Source: Amphiscolops sp. MND2022
Taxonomy: Eukaryota
Reading direction: 5' to 3'
Assembly: GCA_964187785.1 (NCBI GenBank)
Contig: OZ076409.1
Span: 94,180,001 to 94,244,000 of the forward strand
Length of the DNA stretch: 64,000 nt
The notes beneath the pieces were generated by a model. The model saw only the letters and a program-made list of their open reading frames with translations, did no database searches and was not told the DNA's origin. Below, one piece after another: positions 41,901 through 59,007 of the stretch. Position 1 is the first letter of the stretch, and each line of letters opens with the position of its first letter. Both the position numbers and the translations under genes were made by a program.

Positions 41901-43520
41901 GAAATTATTTTAGTAATTTCTCCACACACAAGAAAGATACCGATGGGGGGTTGGTACCATTCGATTTATAATTGAATGCAGTACCTGGAAAACAGAACCC
42001 CCTAACCTGGGAATTTTGTTTTGATATATTTTTATGACGTTTTTTCAAAAATAACATGAAATTTTCCTATTTTCTGAAACATTTTTGAAATTATTTTGGT
42101 AATTTCTCCACACACAAGAAAGATACCGATGGGGGGTTGGTACCATTCGATTTGTAATTGAATGCAGTACCTGGAAAATAGAACCCCCCAACCTGGGAAT
42201 TTTTTTTGATATATTTTTTTGACTTGTTTTCAAAAATAACATGAAATTTTCCTATTTTCTGAAACATTTTCGAAATTATTTTGGTAATTTCTCCACACAC
42301 AAGAAAGATACCGATGGGGGGTTGGTACCGTTTGATTTGTCAATGAAAGCAATCCCGTGACTAACGCCGAAACTGCAATCCCGTGAGTAACGTCGAAAGA
42401 GCAATTCCGTGACTAACGTCGAAACAGCAATCCCGTGACTAACGCCGAAACAGCAATCCCGTGAGTGACGTCGAAAGAGCAATTCCGTGACTAACGTCGA
42501 AACAGCTATTCCGTGACCAATGGTTGTGCAGATTGGATTCTCGTATTCAAATTAATAAGTGCAAATTGGCTTAGCCACGATTACGGAAGAAATGCAAAAT
42601 GGATTCTCGAGTGTGTGAAACAGCGAGAATCCAAAGTGCACCCCTGTGGACAGAGTCGATAAGCCAAGGAGCACATCGGAACTATCTGTAGGGAAGCCAA
42701 TTTGCATTTCCTTTTTCGAGCTTAGTTTGGTTGAAGTAATGAAAATGATTGTGCAGATTGGATTCCCGAATGCAAACTACGAAATGCAATTTGGCTTAGC
42801 CATGATTACGTAAGAAGTGCAAAATGGATTCTCGAGTGGGTGAAATGGCGAGAATCCAAAATGCACCCCTGTGGATAGAGTCGAGAAGCCAAGGAGCACA
42901 TCGGGATTATCTGTAGGGAAGCCAATTTGCATTTCCCTTCTCGAGTTTTGTTGGGTTGAAGTAATGAAAATGATTGTGCGGATTGGATTCCCGAATGCAA
43001 ACTACGAAATGCAATTTGGCTTAGCGATGATTACCTAAGAAGTGCAAAATGGATTCTCGAGTCTGCGAAACGGCGAGAATCCAAATTGCACCCCAGCTGA
43101 AGGCGTCGAAAAGCCAACGAGCACATCGAGATTGTCCGTAGAAAGGCCAATTTGCATTCTCTTAATCTGAGCTTAGTTCGTGTTAAGTAATGAAAGTGGC
43201 TGTGCAGATTGGCTTCTCGATTGTGCAATCAGCTCTGCAAATTGGCCTGACCACGGTTACAGACGAAGTGCAAATTGGATTCTCCAGTCTGCGAAACGGC
43301 GAGAATTCAAATTGCACCCCAGCGGAAAGCGTCGAAAAGCCAACGAGCACATCGAGACTGTCCGTAGAAAGGCCAATTTGCATTCTCTTAATCTGAGCTT
43401 AGTTCGTGTTTAGATTTTCCGTAGAAAACACGAAGAAGCTTGAGCTAGTGACAAGTGTCAACTGCACCGTTGCAACTCCGCCGGAAAGTTTTTGCAATTT
43501 GGCTTGTCGATTCTTTCTTC
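35958..43520. repeat. Composite unit copy 3 (type A)
   Basis: Offset ~17936 from copy 1; only a few differences (e.g. GAAACCCACG vs GAAATCCACG). Confidence 0.97.
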
Positions 43521-44515
<995 letters not shown>

Positions 44516-47500
44516 TACTCCGAGAATCCAAATTGCACCCCTTGATTTCAATCGACAGTCCGATTTGCACAAAACCCCCCTGCAAATTGGCCGTGCAATT
44601 TGGCATCCATGGTTTAAGCATCTTCCCGAAAGAGTTGGAGAAAAATTTTTTACCAAACATCTAAAACGGTCAAAAAACGCTCATTCATGCAATAAAAGTT
44701 GACTTTCGTGACCTCATAGTTAGCGACTCGCCGTCGAGTTCAAAAGGTCGAGGCCAGATTGCACCAACTCTGCGAGATGAAAAAGAAACCAGTTTGCACA
44801 CAAGAAAATGTTGTTAAAGAATTGCAAGTTGAAAAAATGTCGGGCTAAAGTGAAAGTTGTGATCAAAAATCACACCATTGAAACTTTGACACCCATTATA
44901 ATGTAATTTTAAAGAGGCTCTCAGTTAGGGGATCACATAGTGTCACCCATAACAAGACCCACACCGAGAACGTGGCCTCTGTAGGGTCTCATTGAAACAA
45001 TCAAATTAATTCCCAAAAACAAACAGTCAAACTTCTTTATATTCGAATGGTGTCCATGTCGACATAATGGTATTTGAACCTTCTCTATTATTTCCCCCTG
45101 CCGCAGTTTTGGGGGGGGGGATAAATGACATAGACTCTGAAATTTTTTTGTGTCTAATAATAATAATAATAATAATAATATAAATATATAATAATATTAA
45201 TAATAAGTTAATCGGGGTTAGGGGGGTTTGGTTCTCGGGTTCTTATATAAATATATACATTTTATAAAACAAATTTCATATAAAAATTATTGATTATGTA
45301 TATATAATAACTTACTATTATTAATAAGATATGTTATTATATTTTACCTGGTGATGAATTCACAAGCATGAACAAGCTAAAAACTTTTACATCAGTTTGT
45401 ATTTTTTTGAAATTTCCCCCACAAAGGTTCAGGGACTATGTGTTCAATCCCCCCCATCCCCCCAAAAAAAATAATTCCTTTCGAATTAAGCCCCCATAAT
45501 ATGTTCATTTTGTATTTTTATAAATGTTTTCAGATAATTTTCTAGTTAACTTCTAATGCTCAATTTTGATTGGCTACCGCATCTGCCAATCTGAAATCAG
45601 TTATTTGATTTTATATTTTGTCACATACGTTATTATTTGTACAAAACAATATGTCGACATCGTTTGCGTTGGAAACTTGATCCAATAAAATAAAATATTT
45701 TGGTGGAAGTCGTTATCTAAAATATTTTTGCCTTGAGTTTCTGCTTTTGAATAAGGAAAATGAAAAACTAAAAATCCTATTTTCAGACAATTTTTTGAAT
45801 TTTTTTTGTTAAACTTTATGTGTGAGAACATTATTTGATTCTCCTGTATTATTTGTACAAACCTGTACAAACCCCCTATCTGTATCTTTCCTGTGTGTGG
45901 AGAAATTAACAAAATAATTTCAAAGAAAGTTCAGAAAATAGGAAATTTTCATGTGTTTTCTGAAAAAACATCAATAAAAGTTTTTAAAAGAAAATTTCCA
46001 GGTTGGGGGGTTCTACTTCCCAGGTGCTGCATTTAATGACGAATCGAATGGTACCAACCCCCCATCTGTATCTTTCCTGTGTGTGGAGAAATTAACAAAA
46101 TAATTTCAAAAAAAGTTCAGAAAATAGGAAACTTACATGTGTTTTCTGAAAAAACATCAATAAAAGTTATTAAAACAAAATTTCCAGGTTGGGGGGTTCT
46201 ACTTCCCAGGTGCTGCATTTAATGACGAATCGAATGGTACCAACCCCCTATCTGTATCTTTTCTGTGTGAGGAGAAATTAACAAAATAATTTCAAAAAAA
46301 GTTCAGAAAATAGGATATTTTTATGTGTTTTCTGAAAAACATCAATAAAAGTTTTCAACATCAATAAGCTTAAGTTTTTCAACATCAATCAGCAGTGAGT
46401 GTATGCAGTGGTGGTGACGTCAACCACGTGTTCAGTTCAGCGCCTCACACACACAGAACGTGACGTAATGATCACTAATACACACGTGGCGGCTGTGTGA
46501 GGATTATACATTGAGTAATGGTGAAGTGGGACAAGAGCGGTCTCAGATGCACAATCTCCACGTGGTTCAACCTTGATGACCTCGAGGCACAACTGCATGA
46601 AATACAGTAGTGATTCCATGCAGTTATGCCTCGAGGGTCACCAAGGTTGAACCACGTGGAGATTGTGCATCTGAGACCGCTCTGGTCCCACTTCTATACG
46701 AGTCCGAATATGCCATTAAAAATTGTCTAACCCTCTTAGTTTCCGATTTAATATTTTAATATTTAAAACATACTTTGAACGCTGAAGTTCAGCTTGTCAA
46801 TCATTCAATTTGACAACATTGCTTTCACACATTCGAGTGTCACAGAACTTTCACACTTTTTTCACAACTACTTTCTGAAAACTTTTTTAAATTGTTTCGT
46901 TAAATTCTCTACATACAAGAAAGATACAGATGGCGGGTTAGTACCATTCGATTCGTCATTGAATGCAGTACCTGGGAAGTAGACCCCCCAGCCTGGGAAT
47001 TTTGTTTTAATAACTTTTTTTGATGTTCTTTCAAAAATAACATGAAAATTTCATTTTTTCTGAATATTTTTTGAAAGTATTTTGTTAAATTCTCTACATA
47101 CAAGAAAGATACAGGTGGGGGGTAGGTACCATTCGATTTGCCCTTGAATCCACTACCTTGGAAGTAGACCCCTAGCCTGGGAATTTTGTTTTAATAACTT
47201 TTTTTGATGTTCTTTCAAAAATAACATGAAAATTTCATATTTTCTGAATATTTTTTGAAAATATTTTGTTAAATTCTCTACATACAAGAAAGATACAGGT
47301 GGGGGGTAGGTACCATTCGATTTGCCATTGAATCCACTACCTTGGAAGTAGAACCCCCCAGCCTGGGAATTTTGTTTAATAACTTTTTTTGATGTTCTTT
47401 CAAAAATAACATGAAAATTTCATATTTTCTGAATATTTTTTTAAAGTATTTTGTTAAATTCTCTACATACAAGAAAGATACAGGTGGGGGTAGGTACCAT

Positions 47501-50500
47501 TCGATTTGCCATTGAATCCACTACCTGGAAAGTAGAACCCCCCAGCCTGGGAATTTTGTTTTAATAACTTTTTTTGATGTTCTTTCAAAAATAACATGAA
47601 AATTTCATATTTTCTGAATATTTTTTGAAAGTATTTTGTTAAATTCTCTACATACAAGAAAGTTACAGGTTAGGTACCATTCGAGAAACAGATGAATTCG
47701 TTTCATGGTTATGAATTAGAAATGAGAAATAATTGATATGCTATAATAAGAATCAAAACACTAACCTGGGGGGTAGCTGCAGCTACCCCCCAGGTTAGTA
47801 TTTTAATTCCTATTATTCTTAGTATTTTAAGAATTTTTAATTAGTATTTTTAGTATTTTTATTATTTTAATTCTTATTTAGTATTTCAGAAATACTAAAT
47901 ACTATTTCCAACTTGGGGAATTGATTTCAAATAAATTTGAATGGTGTCTACCCAAGTTGGAAATATTATTTAGCATTTCTGAAATACGCACCGAATTTGA
48001 AGAACCTGCTGAATTTAAATGAAACTAACAGTACACCTCGTCTAGGAAAGATTTTCTCAAACCATTGGAATTTCCAAATAGCAGAAATCCACGTTTGGAA
48101 CATGCTAAATTTGTATAAAATGGCCCCTATTTCAATGTAAATTTTCTCTGTAATAATTTGTTTCATTTCTTAGAAGCGAAAATGTTTTCACACATTGAAA
48201 GTGAGAAAGAAATGACTGGTATACTAGGTGAACCAAAAAAACGGAACGCACAAATTAGTATATTATTCGTTCACCTAGTATAAAATACCAAAATATTATA
48301 TATAATGCTGTTTTGAACTAGTTTAAAACAGCATTATATATAATATATTGGTATTTTATACTAATATATAAAAGCAACTGTATATTTATAAAAGCAGCTG
48401 CTTCTTTATTGGTCGAGAGTACCAAAGTTCTTACCTCAGGAAGGAAACTCCCTTTCAAAATACAGTAAAGAATGAAAAAGCCCCTTCAAAAAATGAATGA
48501 GCCCGCCATGGATAAATGAATAATGAGCGTGGTCCATGATTCTTGAAGTAATTCGAGAAAATAGAACAAGAATACTTGATTTCAAACCAGAATATAATTA
48601 ATAGCAAGTTGTAGTTGAAAGTAAATGAAGTAGCAGTATGTATGCAGTACACAGTATATGCAGTTAATGTACAGTGAATGTATGCAGTACACAGTATATG
48701 GCGTCACTTTTCGTTCACGGCTGTACTGCATAAACTATGCGTAATGACGTAATCAAACACAAGCCGTACAGTCAGTGCAGTGTGTGCTGAACTGAACACG
48801 TGGTGTATTACTTGTAGAAGGTGAGTCAGGTTCAACATCGAAGAAGTGGATTCAAGGTGAGTGTGGCTGCAAAGTCTCCCCTGGGTTCATCATTTGTTGA
48901 CCCGCGAAGACAATTGCTCAAATACAGTAGTGATTTGAGCAATTGTCCTTCGCGGGTCAACAAATGATGAACCAAGGGGAGATTGTGCAGCCGAACTCAC
49001 CCTGAATCAACTTCTATACGAGTTCAAATATGTCATTAAAAATCTTCTAACTATCTTTGTTTACGATTTAATATTTTCATATTTAAAACATATTTATTTG
49101 AAGTTTAATATATATTATACTATTTACATTATATCATATATAATATATCATATATATCAAAATCATATAATGCCGTAACAAATATATATCAAAATCATAT
49201 ATATCAAAATCATATAAGGCCGTAACAAAACTGTTACGGCCACCAAAGTGGCCACCGATGGAACTGTGGTGGAAAATCGGTGGCCACCGATGGATTTCCC
49301 TGGGTTGCCAACTCGGGTATTTACATAATTTCTATGTTGTCAGATTTATTTTGCTAATTTCTCCACACACAGAAAAGATACAGATGGGGGGTTGGTACCA
49401 TTCGATTTGTAATTGAATGCAGTACCTGGAAAATAGAACCCCCCAACCTGGGAATTTTGTTTTGATATATTTTTTTGACGTTTTTTCAAAAATAACATGA
49501 AATTTTCCCTAATTTCTGAAACATTTTTGAAATTATTTTGGTAATTTCTCAACACACAAGAATGATACCGATGGGGGGTTGGTACCATTCGATTTGTATA
49601 TGAATGCAGTACCTGGAAATTAGAACCCCCTAACCTGGGAATTTGCTTTGATATATTTTTATGACGTTTTTTCAAAAATAACATGAAATTTTCCTATTTT
49701 CTGAAACATTTTTGAAATTATTTTGGTAATTTCTCCACACACAAGAAAGATACCGATGAGGGGTTGGTATCATTCGATTTGTAATTGAATGCAGTACCTG
49801 GAAAAAAGAACCCCGCAACCTGTGAATTTTGTTTTGATATATTTTTTTGACGTTTTTTCGAAAATAACATGAAATTTTCCTATTTTCTGAAACATTTTTG
49901 AAATTATTTTGGTAATTTCTCAACACACAAGAATGATACCGATGGGGGGTTGGTACCATTCGATTTGTATATGAATGCAGTACCTGGAAAATAGAACCCC
50001 CTAACCTGGGAATTTTGTTTTGATATATTTTTATGACGTTTTTTCAAAAATAACATGAAATTTTCCTATTTTCTGAAACATTTTTGAAATTATTTTGGTA
50101 GTTTCTCCACACACAAGAAAGATACCGATGGGGGGTTGGTATCATTCGATTTGTAATTGAATGCAGTACCTGGAAAATAGAACCCCGCAACCTGTGAATT
50201 TTGTTTTGATATATTTTTTTGACGTTTTTTCAAAAATAACATGAAATTCTCCTATTTTCTGAAACATTTTTGAAATTATTTTAGTAATTTCTCCACACAC
50301 AAGAAAGATACCGATGGGGGGTTGGTACCATTCGATTTGTAATTGAATGCAGTACCTGGAAAACAGAACCCCCTAACCTGGGAATTTTGTTTTGATATAT
50401 TTTTATGACGTTTTTTCAAAAATAACATGAAATTTTCCTATTTTCTGAAACATTTTTGAAATTATTTTGGTAATTTCTCCACACACAAGAAAGATACCGA

Positions 50501-52049
50501 TGGGGGGTTGGTACCATTCGATTTGTAATTGAATGCAGTACCTGGAAAATAGAACCCCCCAACCTGGGAATTTTGTTTTGATATATTTTTTGACTTGTTT
50601 TCAAAAATAACATGAAATTTTCCTATTTTCTGAAACATTTTCGAAATTATTTTGGTAATTTCTCCACACACAAGAAAGATACCGATGGGGGGTTGGTACC
50701 GTTTGATTTGTCAATGAAAGCAATCCCGTGACTAACGCCGAAACTGCAATCCCGTGAGTAACGTCGAAAGAGCAATTCCGTGACTAACGTCGAAACAGCA
50801 ATCCCGTGACTAACGCCGAAACAGCAATCCCGTGAGTGACGTCGAAAGAGCAATTCCGTGACTAACGTCGAAACAGCTATTCCGTGACCAATGGTTGTGC
50901 AGATTGGATTCTCGTATTCAAATTAATAAGTGCAAATTGGCTTAGCCACGATTACGGAAGAAATGCAAAATGGATTCTCGAGTGTGTGAAACAGCGAGAA
51001 TCCAAAGTGCACCCCTGTGGACAGAGTCGATAAGCCAAGGAGCACATCGGAACTATCTGTAGGGAAGCCAATTTGCATTTCCTTTTTCGAGCTTAGTTTG
51101 GTTGAAGTAATGAAAATGATTGTGCAGATTGGATTCCCGAATGCAAACTACGAAATGCAATTTGGCTTAGCCATGATTACGTAAGAAGTGCAAAATGGAT
51201 TCTCGAGTGGGTGAAATGGCGAGAATCCAAAATGCACCCCTGTGGATAGAGTCGAGAAGCCAAGGAGCACATCGGGATTATCTGTAGGGAAGCCAATTTG
51301 CATTTCCCTTCTCGAGTTTTGTTGGGTTGAAGTAATGAAAATGATTGTGCGGATTGGATTCCCGAATGCAAACTACGAAATGCAATTTGGCTTAGCGATG
51401 ATTACCTAAGAAGTGCAAAATGGATTCTCGAGTCTGCGAAACGGCGAGAATCCAAATTGCACCCCAGCTGAAGGCGTCGAAAAGCCAACGAGCACATCGA
51501 GATTGTCCGTAGAAAGGCCAATTTGCATTCTCTTAATCTGAGCTTAGTTCGTGTTAAGTAATGAAAGTGGCTGTGCAGATTGGCTTCTCGATTGTGAAAT
51601 CAGCTCTGCAAATTGGCCTGACCACGGTTACAGACGAAGTGCAAATTGGATTCTCCAGTCTGCGAAACGGCGAGAATTCAAATTGCACCCCAGCGGAAAG
51701 CGTCGAAAAGCCAACGAGCACATCGAGACTGTCCGTAGAAAGGCCAATTTGCATTCTCTTAATCTGAGCTTAGTTCGTGTTTAGATTTTCCGTAGAAAAC
51801 ACGAAGAAGCTTGAGCTAGTGACAAGTGTCAACTGCACCGTTGCAACTCCGCCGGAAAGTTTTTGCAATTTGGCTTGTCGATTCTTTCTTCTTGAAAATG
51901 GTCCACTTTTCTTCAAAAATAAACAAAATTAAATGCTGTGCAATTTGGCTTCCACATGTGCAAATTGGCCCCAGTTGTGCAATTTGGCCTCCGGGCCTGA
52001 TGCAAAATGGACTCGATATTCCGAGAAAATGATGCAATTTGGCTTCACA
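44516..52049. repeat. Composite unit copy 4 (type B)
   Basis: Matches copy 2 apart from a 6-bp G-run deletion near 47670. Confidence 0.97.
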
Positions 52050-52893
<844 letters not shown>

Positions 52894-54025
52894 CCATACC
52901 AGCCACTATCCCTGTAGACCAGTAACAAAAAAACCACCACCAAACTACTCATACCGGCCACTATAAAGAAGAAGAGATCAATTGACCTTCGTTATGTGGC
53001 AGTACAAATGACTTTCTATCATTGATTCCAGAACAAAGAAAATAGTATTATAGAATAGACACAGAAGGACCTAGCGTTTTCAAATAATGTTTTTGGCCGT
53101 CGGATACGCCCCTATTTCCTCTATGCCCCCATTTCCTCTAGTGCCCCGCGGCCCCTTGGGGCCGCTTATGTTCCCATCTTGCTAAGCGAGGTCGAACAGG
53201 AGCAAAGACCTAGCGGGAACGGAGATTTTCGGCAAATTGTCCGGTATCCGTATGGGGTTCCCTACTTTCGTTGCAGACCACGGGTGTGTCTTCCCCCCCC
53301 CACAAGATGATACGCATGGCACTTGATTGATGACGAAGATCCATGATATCTGATCAGTAGATTAAAAAAACTCAGTCGAAAACCAATCTAAGCTACGGCT
53401 TAACTTCGGGGTATACGCCGATTACAGATATTACACCGTGTCAGAACCCCGAATGTTACACCACCCCCGAAACTTACATTTACGATCCCGACTATATCTG
53501 TTGCCCATAGCATATTCCAGCAATCAATGAATGCAGATGTTACTTGCTGTGTATCTTTGGTTGACATATTTCTAGTAGGTATACGACATTTAATTGAGTT
53601 CAAGTTTCTCAGTAGATTAAAAAATCAGAAAAGCTTTCCGAACCAGTTGAAGTTGCCTACAGCAGCATCTGGGAAAAAAGTCAAATGCAAATCATAACCA
53701 AGCAGATAGTACATGGAGTGGTTTCCGCTTCAAATGAACCTGTGCCTTTTTGTTCATTTTTTGTTGAGTTTTATAAAACTATGTTGTTGTGCCTAATTGT
53801 TGTTAAGCCAAATTGTTGTGATAAACTTGTTGAATAGTTTCAGAGACTTTTGATTGAATTGATTGATCTTCTTCACATCACTGGACGCATTGTGCAGGAC
53901 CGATCAAGGCTTTCGGAGGATCTGTGGCTCTTCTGTTGGCTTTTCGCACCAATTGGGTGGACCTATTTAGACAATTCTGTTAGTTTGTTCCAATTTATAT
54001 TTCTCGTGGTCCTTATGTGATTCCT

Positions 54026-54648
54026 ATGGTTTATATAGTTGGAGCTAGCTCATTACACGCAACAGAAGAATCAACTACTTACAAATTCAGAAAAACTATT
54101 CGGAACTTCATACCGCAATACCAGGTCTCAGTTTCTGTCACAACTCGAGACTGAAAAATTTGCAGCATCTTCTATCTCAAGGAAAACTGAAATATCAACA
54201 TAACCTGCTCCTCTGGCACGACCTGATAAATAATACTTTATCCCCACATTCAAGCAACAATCATAAACCCTGGACCCCTCAGCAACTAGTTACGGCATTA
54301 AAACAGCAAAGTCATCGAATAACTGCAGTCATTTACTGCAGAAGATTTGGGACTGCAGATATCTTTAACCAATTACTGGCTACTGATATCCTTATAATCC
54401 GGGTTGATAAACACCTTCTATCTCACAGAAAGAGGAACAATCATTGGATTAAAACGCAACTTGCAAAAGTGCATCCCTGCGTCCGCATTGAACTGAACTT
54501 GCTACACACGGTTTTACAGCGGAGCAAAAAGCTGCAGTCAATAGTTATTCAAAACCGCTCCAGTACCAGAAAACGTAAATCCAAGAAAAGATCTACTTCC
54601 GCGAGAAGGAGGAACAAAAAAGCGAAACAGGAATCTCTAACTGGGTAG
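54026..54648 (+). pseudogene. ORF0, possible SGNH/esterase-like protein with one frameshift
   Basis: MVYIVGASSL (54026), frameshift, then AIPGLSF...LLLWHDLINN; spacing resembles SGNH blocks I-III; basic C-terminal tail. Confidence 0.45.
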
Positions 54649-54712
54649 CTATTTGAGCCTTTGTTGGTTTGGAGCGGCCCGGGGCGAGTAACCTGCTTGC
54701 TTTGAATCAAAA

Positions 54713-55903
54713 ATGACTGGCACACGCAGTAGAAATCAATCCACCTCGGACGAAAAATGTCCGCAGTGCAAAAGTAAGGTAGCTGAAAAAGAAAAGAACT
54801 CAATTCTTTGCAACGGTTGTTTTGAATGGTGGCACGGGACATGTGGAGGAATAGAAGTGAAAGATTTGGCAATATTGGCGAAGTACTCGGCTGTGCACTG
54901 GTACTGTCCCAAATGTGAAAACAAGACTTTGCAAAAACAAGGTATGACCATCATGAAGTCCTTAAAAACGTTAAATCAATGGTATAATAATGAAAGTGAA
55001 ATTCGCAAACAGGAAACTGATCTATTGATGTCAATTAAAACTGATATCGAAATCATCAAGGAAAAAACCCCCTCAGGAAACACCTATGCAGAGAAAGCTA
55101 AAATCGCCCGGAAACCTTCGCCCTCTACGAGACAACAAATACCTCGAAACAAAGAGAAAGACTTGAGGACCATATTGATTGTCAGTGGCAATCAAAAGTA
55201 TCGAGATAGCATTGAAACTAAAAGGGCATTTTCAAAAACTTTTCCTATGAAAAAATTGATTGTAGCATTCAATACTGCTCGGGGAAACATTCACTTAGAA
55301 TTCTTGAACTCTCAAGAGCCTGACGAGGTGTTCTCCAACTGGAAAGCTGATTATCTTGGAACGAAAACCAGTATACGAAAAGCTAGCGCTAGAGGTGAGG
55401 AGAGAAACGCTGTCATAAAAGGTGTTCCGAGAGAGATAGAAGAGGTTCATATTACTGAAATTCTCCAGAAGAAGTATCCTGGGATCTATGTGAAAAGATT
55501 CGTAAAAGCGGATTGAACAATTCTGCAGACAGTGAAACTGACCTTCCAGTCAGAGCTTCATTACAACAATGCACTATCTGAGGGACTCTTTTTGGATTCC
55601 ATATACTACCAGCCATATGCATTTGTTCAGAGAGGCATAAGAATCATTCGATGTTATAACTGCCAAAAATTCGGTCACCTTAGCGGAAACTGCCACTCCA
55701 AAACAGCCTGTAAACACTGCAGTGAAGATCACAAAATTGAAGACCGTGCGAATAAAGAATTAGAAAGCAAATGTATGAATTGCAAAGGGACTCACGATGC
55801 GGATTCACTTGTGTGCCCAACTCACATTAAACAAAAACAAGTGGTTTATGACGCTCGAGGGCTAACTGATGAAAATCATGATGGATGGCATGATGGCTCC
55901 TGA
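54713..55903 (+). pseudogene. LINE ORF1 (PHD plus three zinc knuckles), one in-frame stop at 55514
   Basis: 54713-55516 and 55532-55903 are in the same frame. Confidence 0.88.
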
Positions 55904-58900
55904 AAGGAGAATATCTTTCTTACAGATCAACATTTGCGGCTTGAGTAATCACAGTAAAATTGCAATTGATGCATATCTTGAAAAACATAAACCAGATGTG
56001 GTTTTCTTGAATGAAACCAAACAACAAATTCCTGATAATGCCTTTACCAATTATACAACTCTCAGTAGCACTCCAGAGCAATCGACAGGAGGGGTTGCGT
56101 TGTTGTTTCGTAACGATGTGGCGTATGCTCAAATAGAGGAATTAGAGACCAAAAACAATGACAATATTGTGGCTGCAGCTAATATCCGCGGCCTAAAATT
56201 ACTAACTACGACTGCTTATGTAAAACCTGATGACAAAGGTGAACTACTAGAACTCATAAAAAGCCTGAAGCCTGTAAAGTCTACGCAGATACAAATCACA
56301 TGGAAGGTGTCCTTTTCTTTGGCGACTGCAACGCCAGACATTTATACTGGGGTGATCAGAAGTGGAATGCACTTGGAAATGAGTTAATCAGCCTCGTACC
56401 AACTTATACTATTTTGAACGATGGCCAACCTACTTTCCTCTCAATCAACGGCCAAAGTGTAATAGATCTTTGCATTTGCTATGGAAACTTCATTAACCAA
56501 TACAAATGCTCGCTTACAACTGATGAAGATACGGAACTATTCACAGGAGCACCCTCCAGGGGCCACCTGCCTGTGCTAGTTTCTCTTGTCGAGTCGAGAA
56601 GTGGTTATTTCAAGGAGAAGCCGTGGATTGAGAAAGCAATGTGGGATGACTGGCGCGCACATCTAGAAACTGAAATTCTCGACTGGACAACTTCAGATAA
56701 TGCTCTGGAAATGTGGGAGTTTTTCAAGAACTCTTTAAGAGAGGCCACACTACTTTTCATTCCTTTCAAAAAAGTTACGCAACTTAGTCAACCATTTTGG
56801 TGCACCGAGTTAACTATAGCCAGTAAAGAGCTCAGGCAGCTGCGTCGGAACTTCCGATACAAGTCCAATTATGCAAATTTAGAAAAACTAGCCGAAGCGA
56901 AAGAATTATTCAAACAACTACTCAGTGAAAAGGCGTCTGCCTGGATGAAAGACTACTTGAAGGCACTGGGACACGAACGAGGCAAAGAATTTTGGGTATC
57001 GTACAAGAAACTGTTCGATGGAAGCAGTTCCCAAGTGGATCTCATCAAGAATAAACACGGGAAACTGCTGCTCTCAAAAAAAGATATTGCGCAAGAATTC
57101 CAAGAGACCTTCTTCGAAGGAAATTATCTGGAAACTCTCAACTTCGACGAGTCAATGTCAAGGACAGTCTCAGGTTATCTGGACTCGTTTGATGATGCTT
57201 CCGAGCATGTTTCGGAAGTTTTTCATGAACCTTACACAATGGAAGAACTAAACGGAGCAATGAAACAATCTTCTGATACAAACTCCTTCGACCCTGACGG
57301 GTTCCACGTCAAAATGATCAAAAATTTGGGAGTCAATGCGAAAACTCTTCTCTTGGAGATTTTTAAAACATGTTGGGAACATGCTGTATGGCCCTGGTCT
57401 TTATCACGAATTGTGTTTATCAGGAAGCCTAACAAAGACAGGTATGTCGAGTGTTCCAGCTATCGACCGCTATCTATCTCTAGTCATTTTGGAAAGCTTT
57501 TTGAGCGTATGCTGTGCAATAGATTAAATTATTTCACGGGAACCGAGAAGATTCTGGCGGACGAACAAGAAGGTTTCAGAAGTAAAAGAAACACAGTCAG
57601 ATCTCTGTACAGGCTACATCTGAATCTGGAAAATTCAAAATTAATGAAAACACCGACCGCTCTACTCAACATTGACCTCGAAAAGGCCTTTGACAGCGTG
57701 TGGATAGATGCCCTACTTTACAAACTCAGACATTACAAAATTAACGGTAAAATGTTCTTTTTGAAGAACCGAGAAGCATTCATTGAGTTATCTGACTTCC
57801 GTTCATCTATGTTCAAAATAGACATTGGTGTCCCTCAGGGCAGTGTCTTGTCACCACTTTTGTTTGTAATTTTCTTGAACGATTTTCTGAGTGTGGAGCC
57901 GTGTCACTACAAGTTCGCTGACGACAGTGCTATTTTAATTCAAGGCTGCAATGAAAACGATACCTCCCAAAAACTCGAACAGTCTTGCAGGGGGATAGAA
58001 CAATGATGCCGCAAATGGAGAATGATAGTGAATGGCTCCAAGACTGAATTGATAGTTTTCAATGTGGAAAGAAACAACATAACTGCGCCGAGCCTGAACA
58101 ATGAAGCGTGCGCTATCACAAAAGCTTCAAAATCTCTCGGTCTCCTGATTGATGATAACCTGTGTTACAAAGACCACGCCGAAAAAATCTGTAACAAAGC
58201 TAAAAGCAGCTGGGATAACGCTTCTAGAATTTTGAGACGCAAATGGAGCTTGTCAATTCCAACGATAATTTTTCTCTACACTACTATCGTTGTACCGCAG
58301 CTCTTATATGCATCAGTAATATGGTTTGAAAGAAATAGAAGCTCAGTCGTGAGAGTCCAGAATCATAGCATCAAATCAATCTTTCGACATAGTTTTACTC
58401 CTACCATTGGCATCTGCGAAACGCTGCTAGGACTACCTCCTCTGGACATTTACAATGATGCCATAGGAATCAAATTTGTCATCAAAGCCAAAAGAACCAA
58501 TGACTTGGTGAGTAATACCCACTCTCTTTTCATAACCAACCGAAGTAAAGCTGCAGCATTAGAAAGTAAGTTAAGTAAATTCAAAACGTTCCTTGATGAC
58601 GATACTCGGACAGAATACAACAAGCACGAAATAGATGAATTCATAGAACAAAGTTGGATAAAGAGATGGAAGAACACCCAAAACAAAGGCCTCTTGCAAC
58701 ATCTCCCGTTAACACGCAACCACAGTTAAACACCTGTTGTCCTTTAACTATTGGAGACCCTTTTGTTGTCAATAAAATTTGCGAATTAGTAATTGGGAAT
58801 TCCTTTGCTTTTGCCGAATATGCCTGGAACATGTGGAATTGTGAATCACCAATGTGCATATGTGGAAAGTCAGAAGACAATCTCTATCACTATTTCTTCT

Positions 58901-59007
58901 GCTGTCCGCACTATAACGAGATACGCCCAGACAAACAGAGCCTAAATTTAATGGAAGCGACTGATTGTCATAAACTCCGAGATTTCATAATGAATACAAT
59001 AAATTGA
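55869..59007 (+). pseudogene. LINE ORF2 (APE-RT-zinc finger), disrupted
   Basis: Consecutive ORF fragments 55869-56387, 56300-58006, 58022-58729, 58654-59007. Confidence 0.9.
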
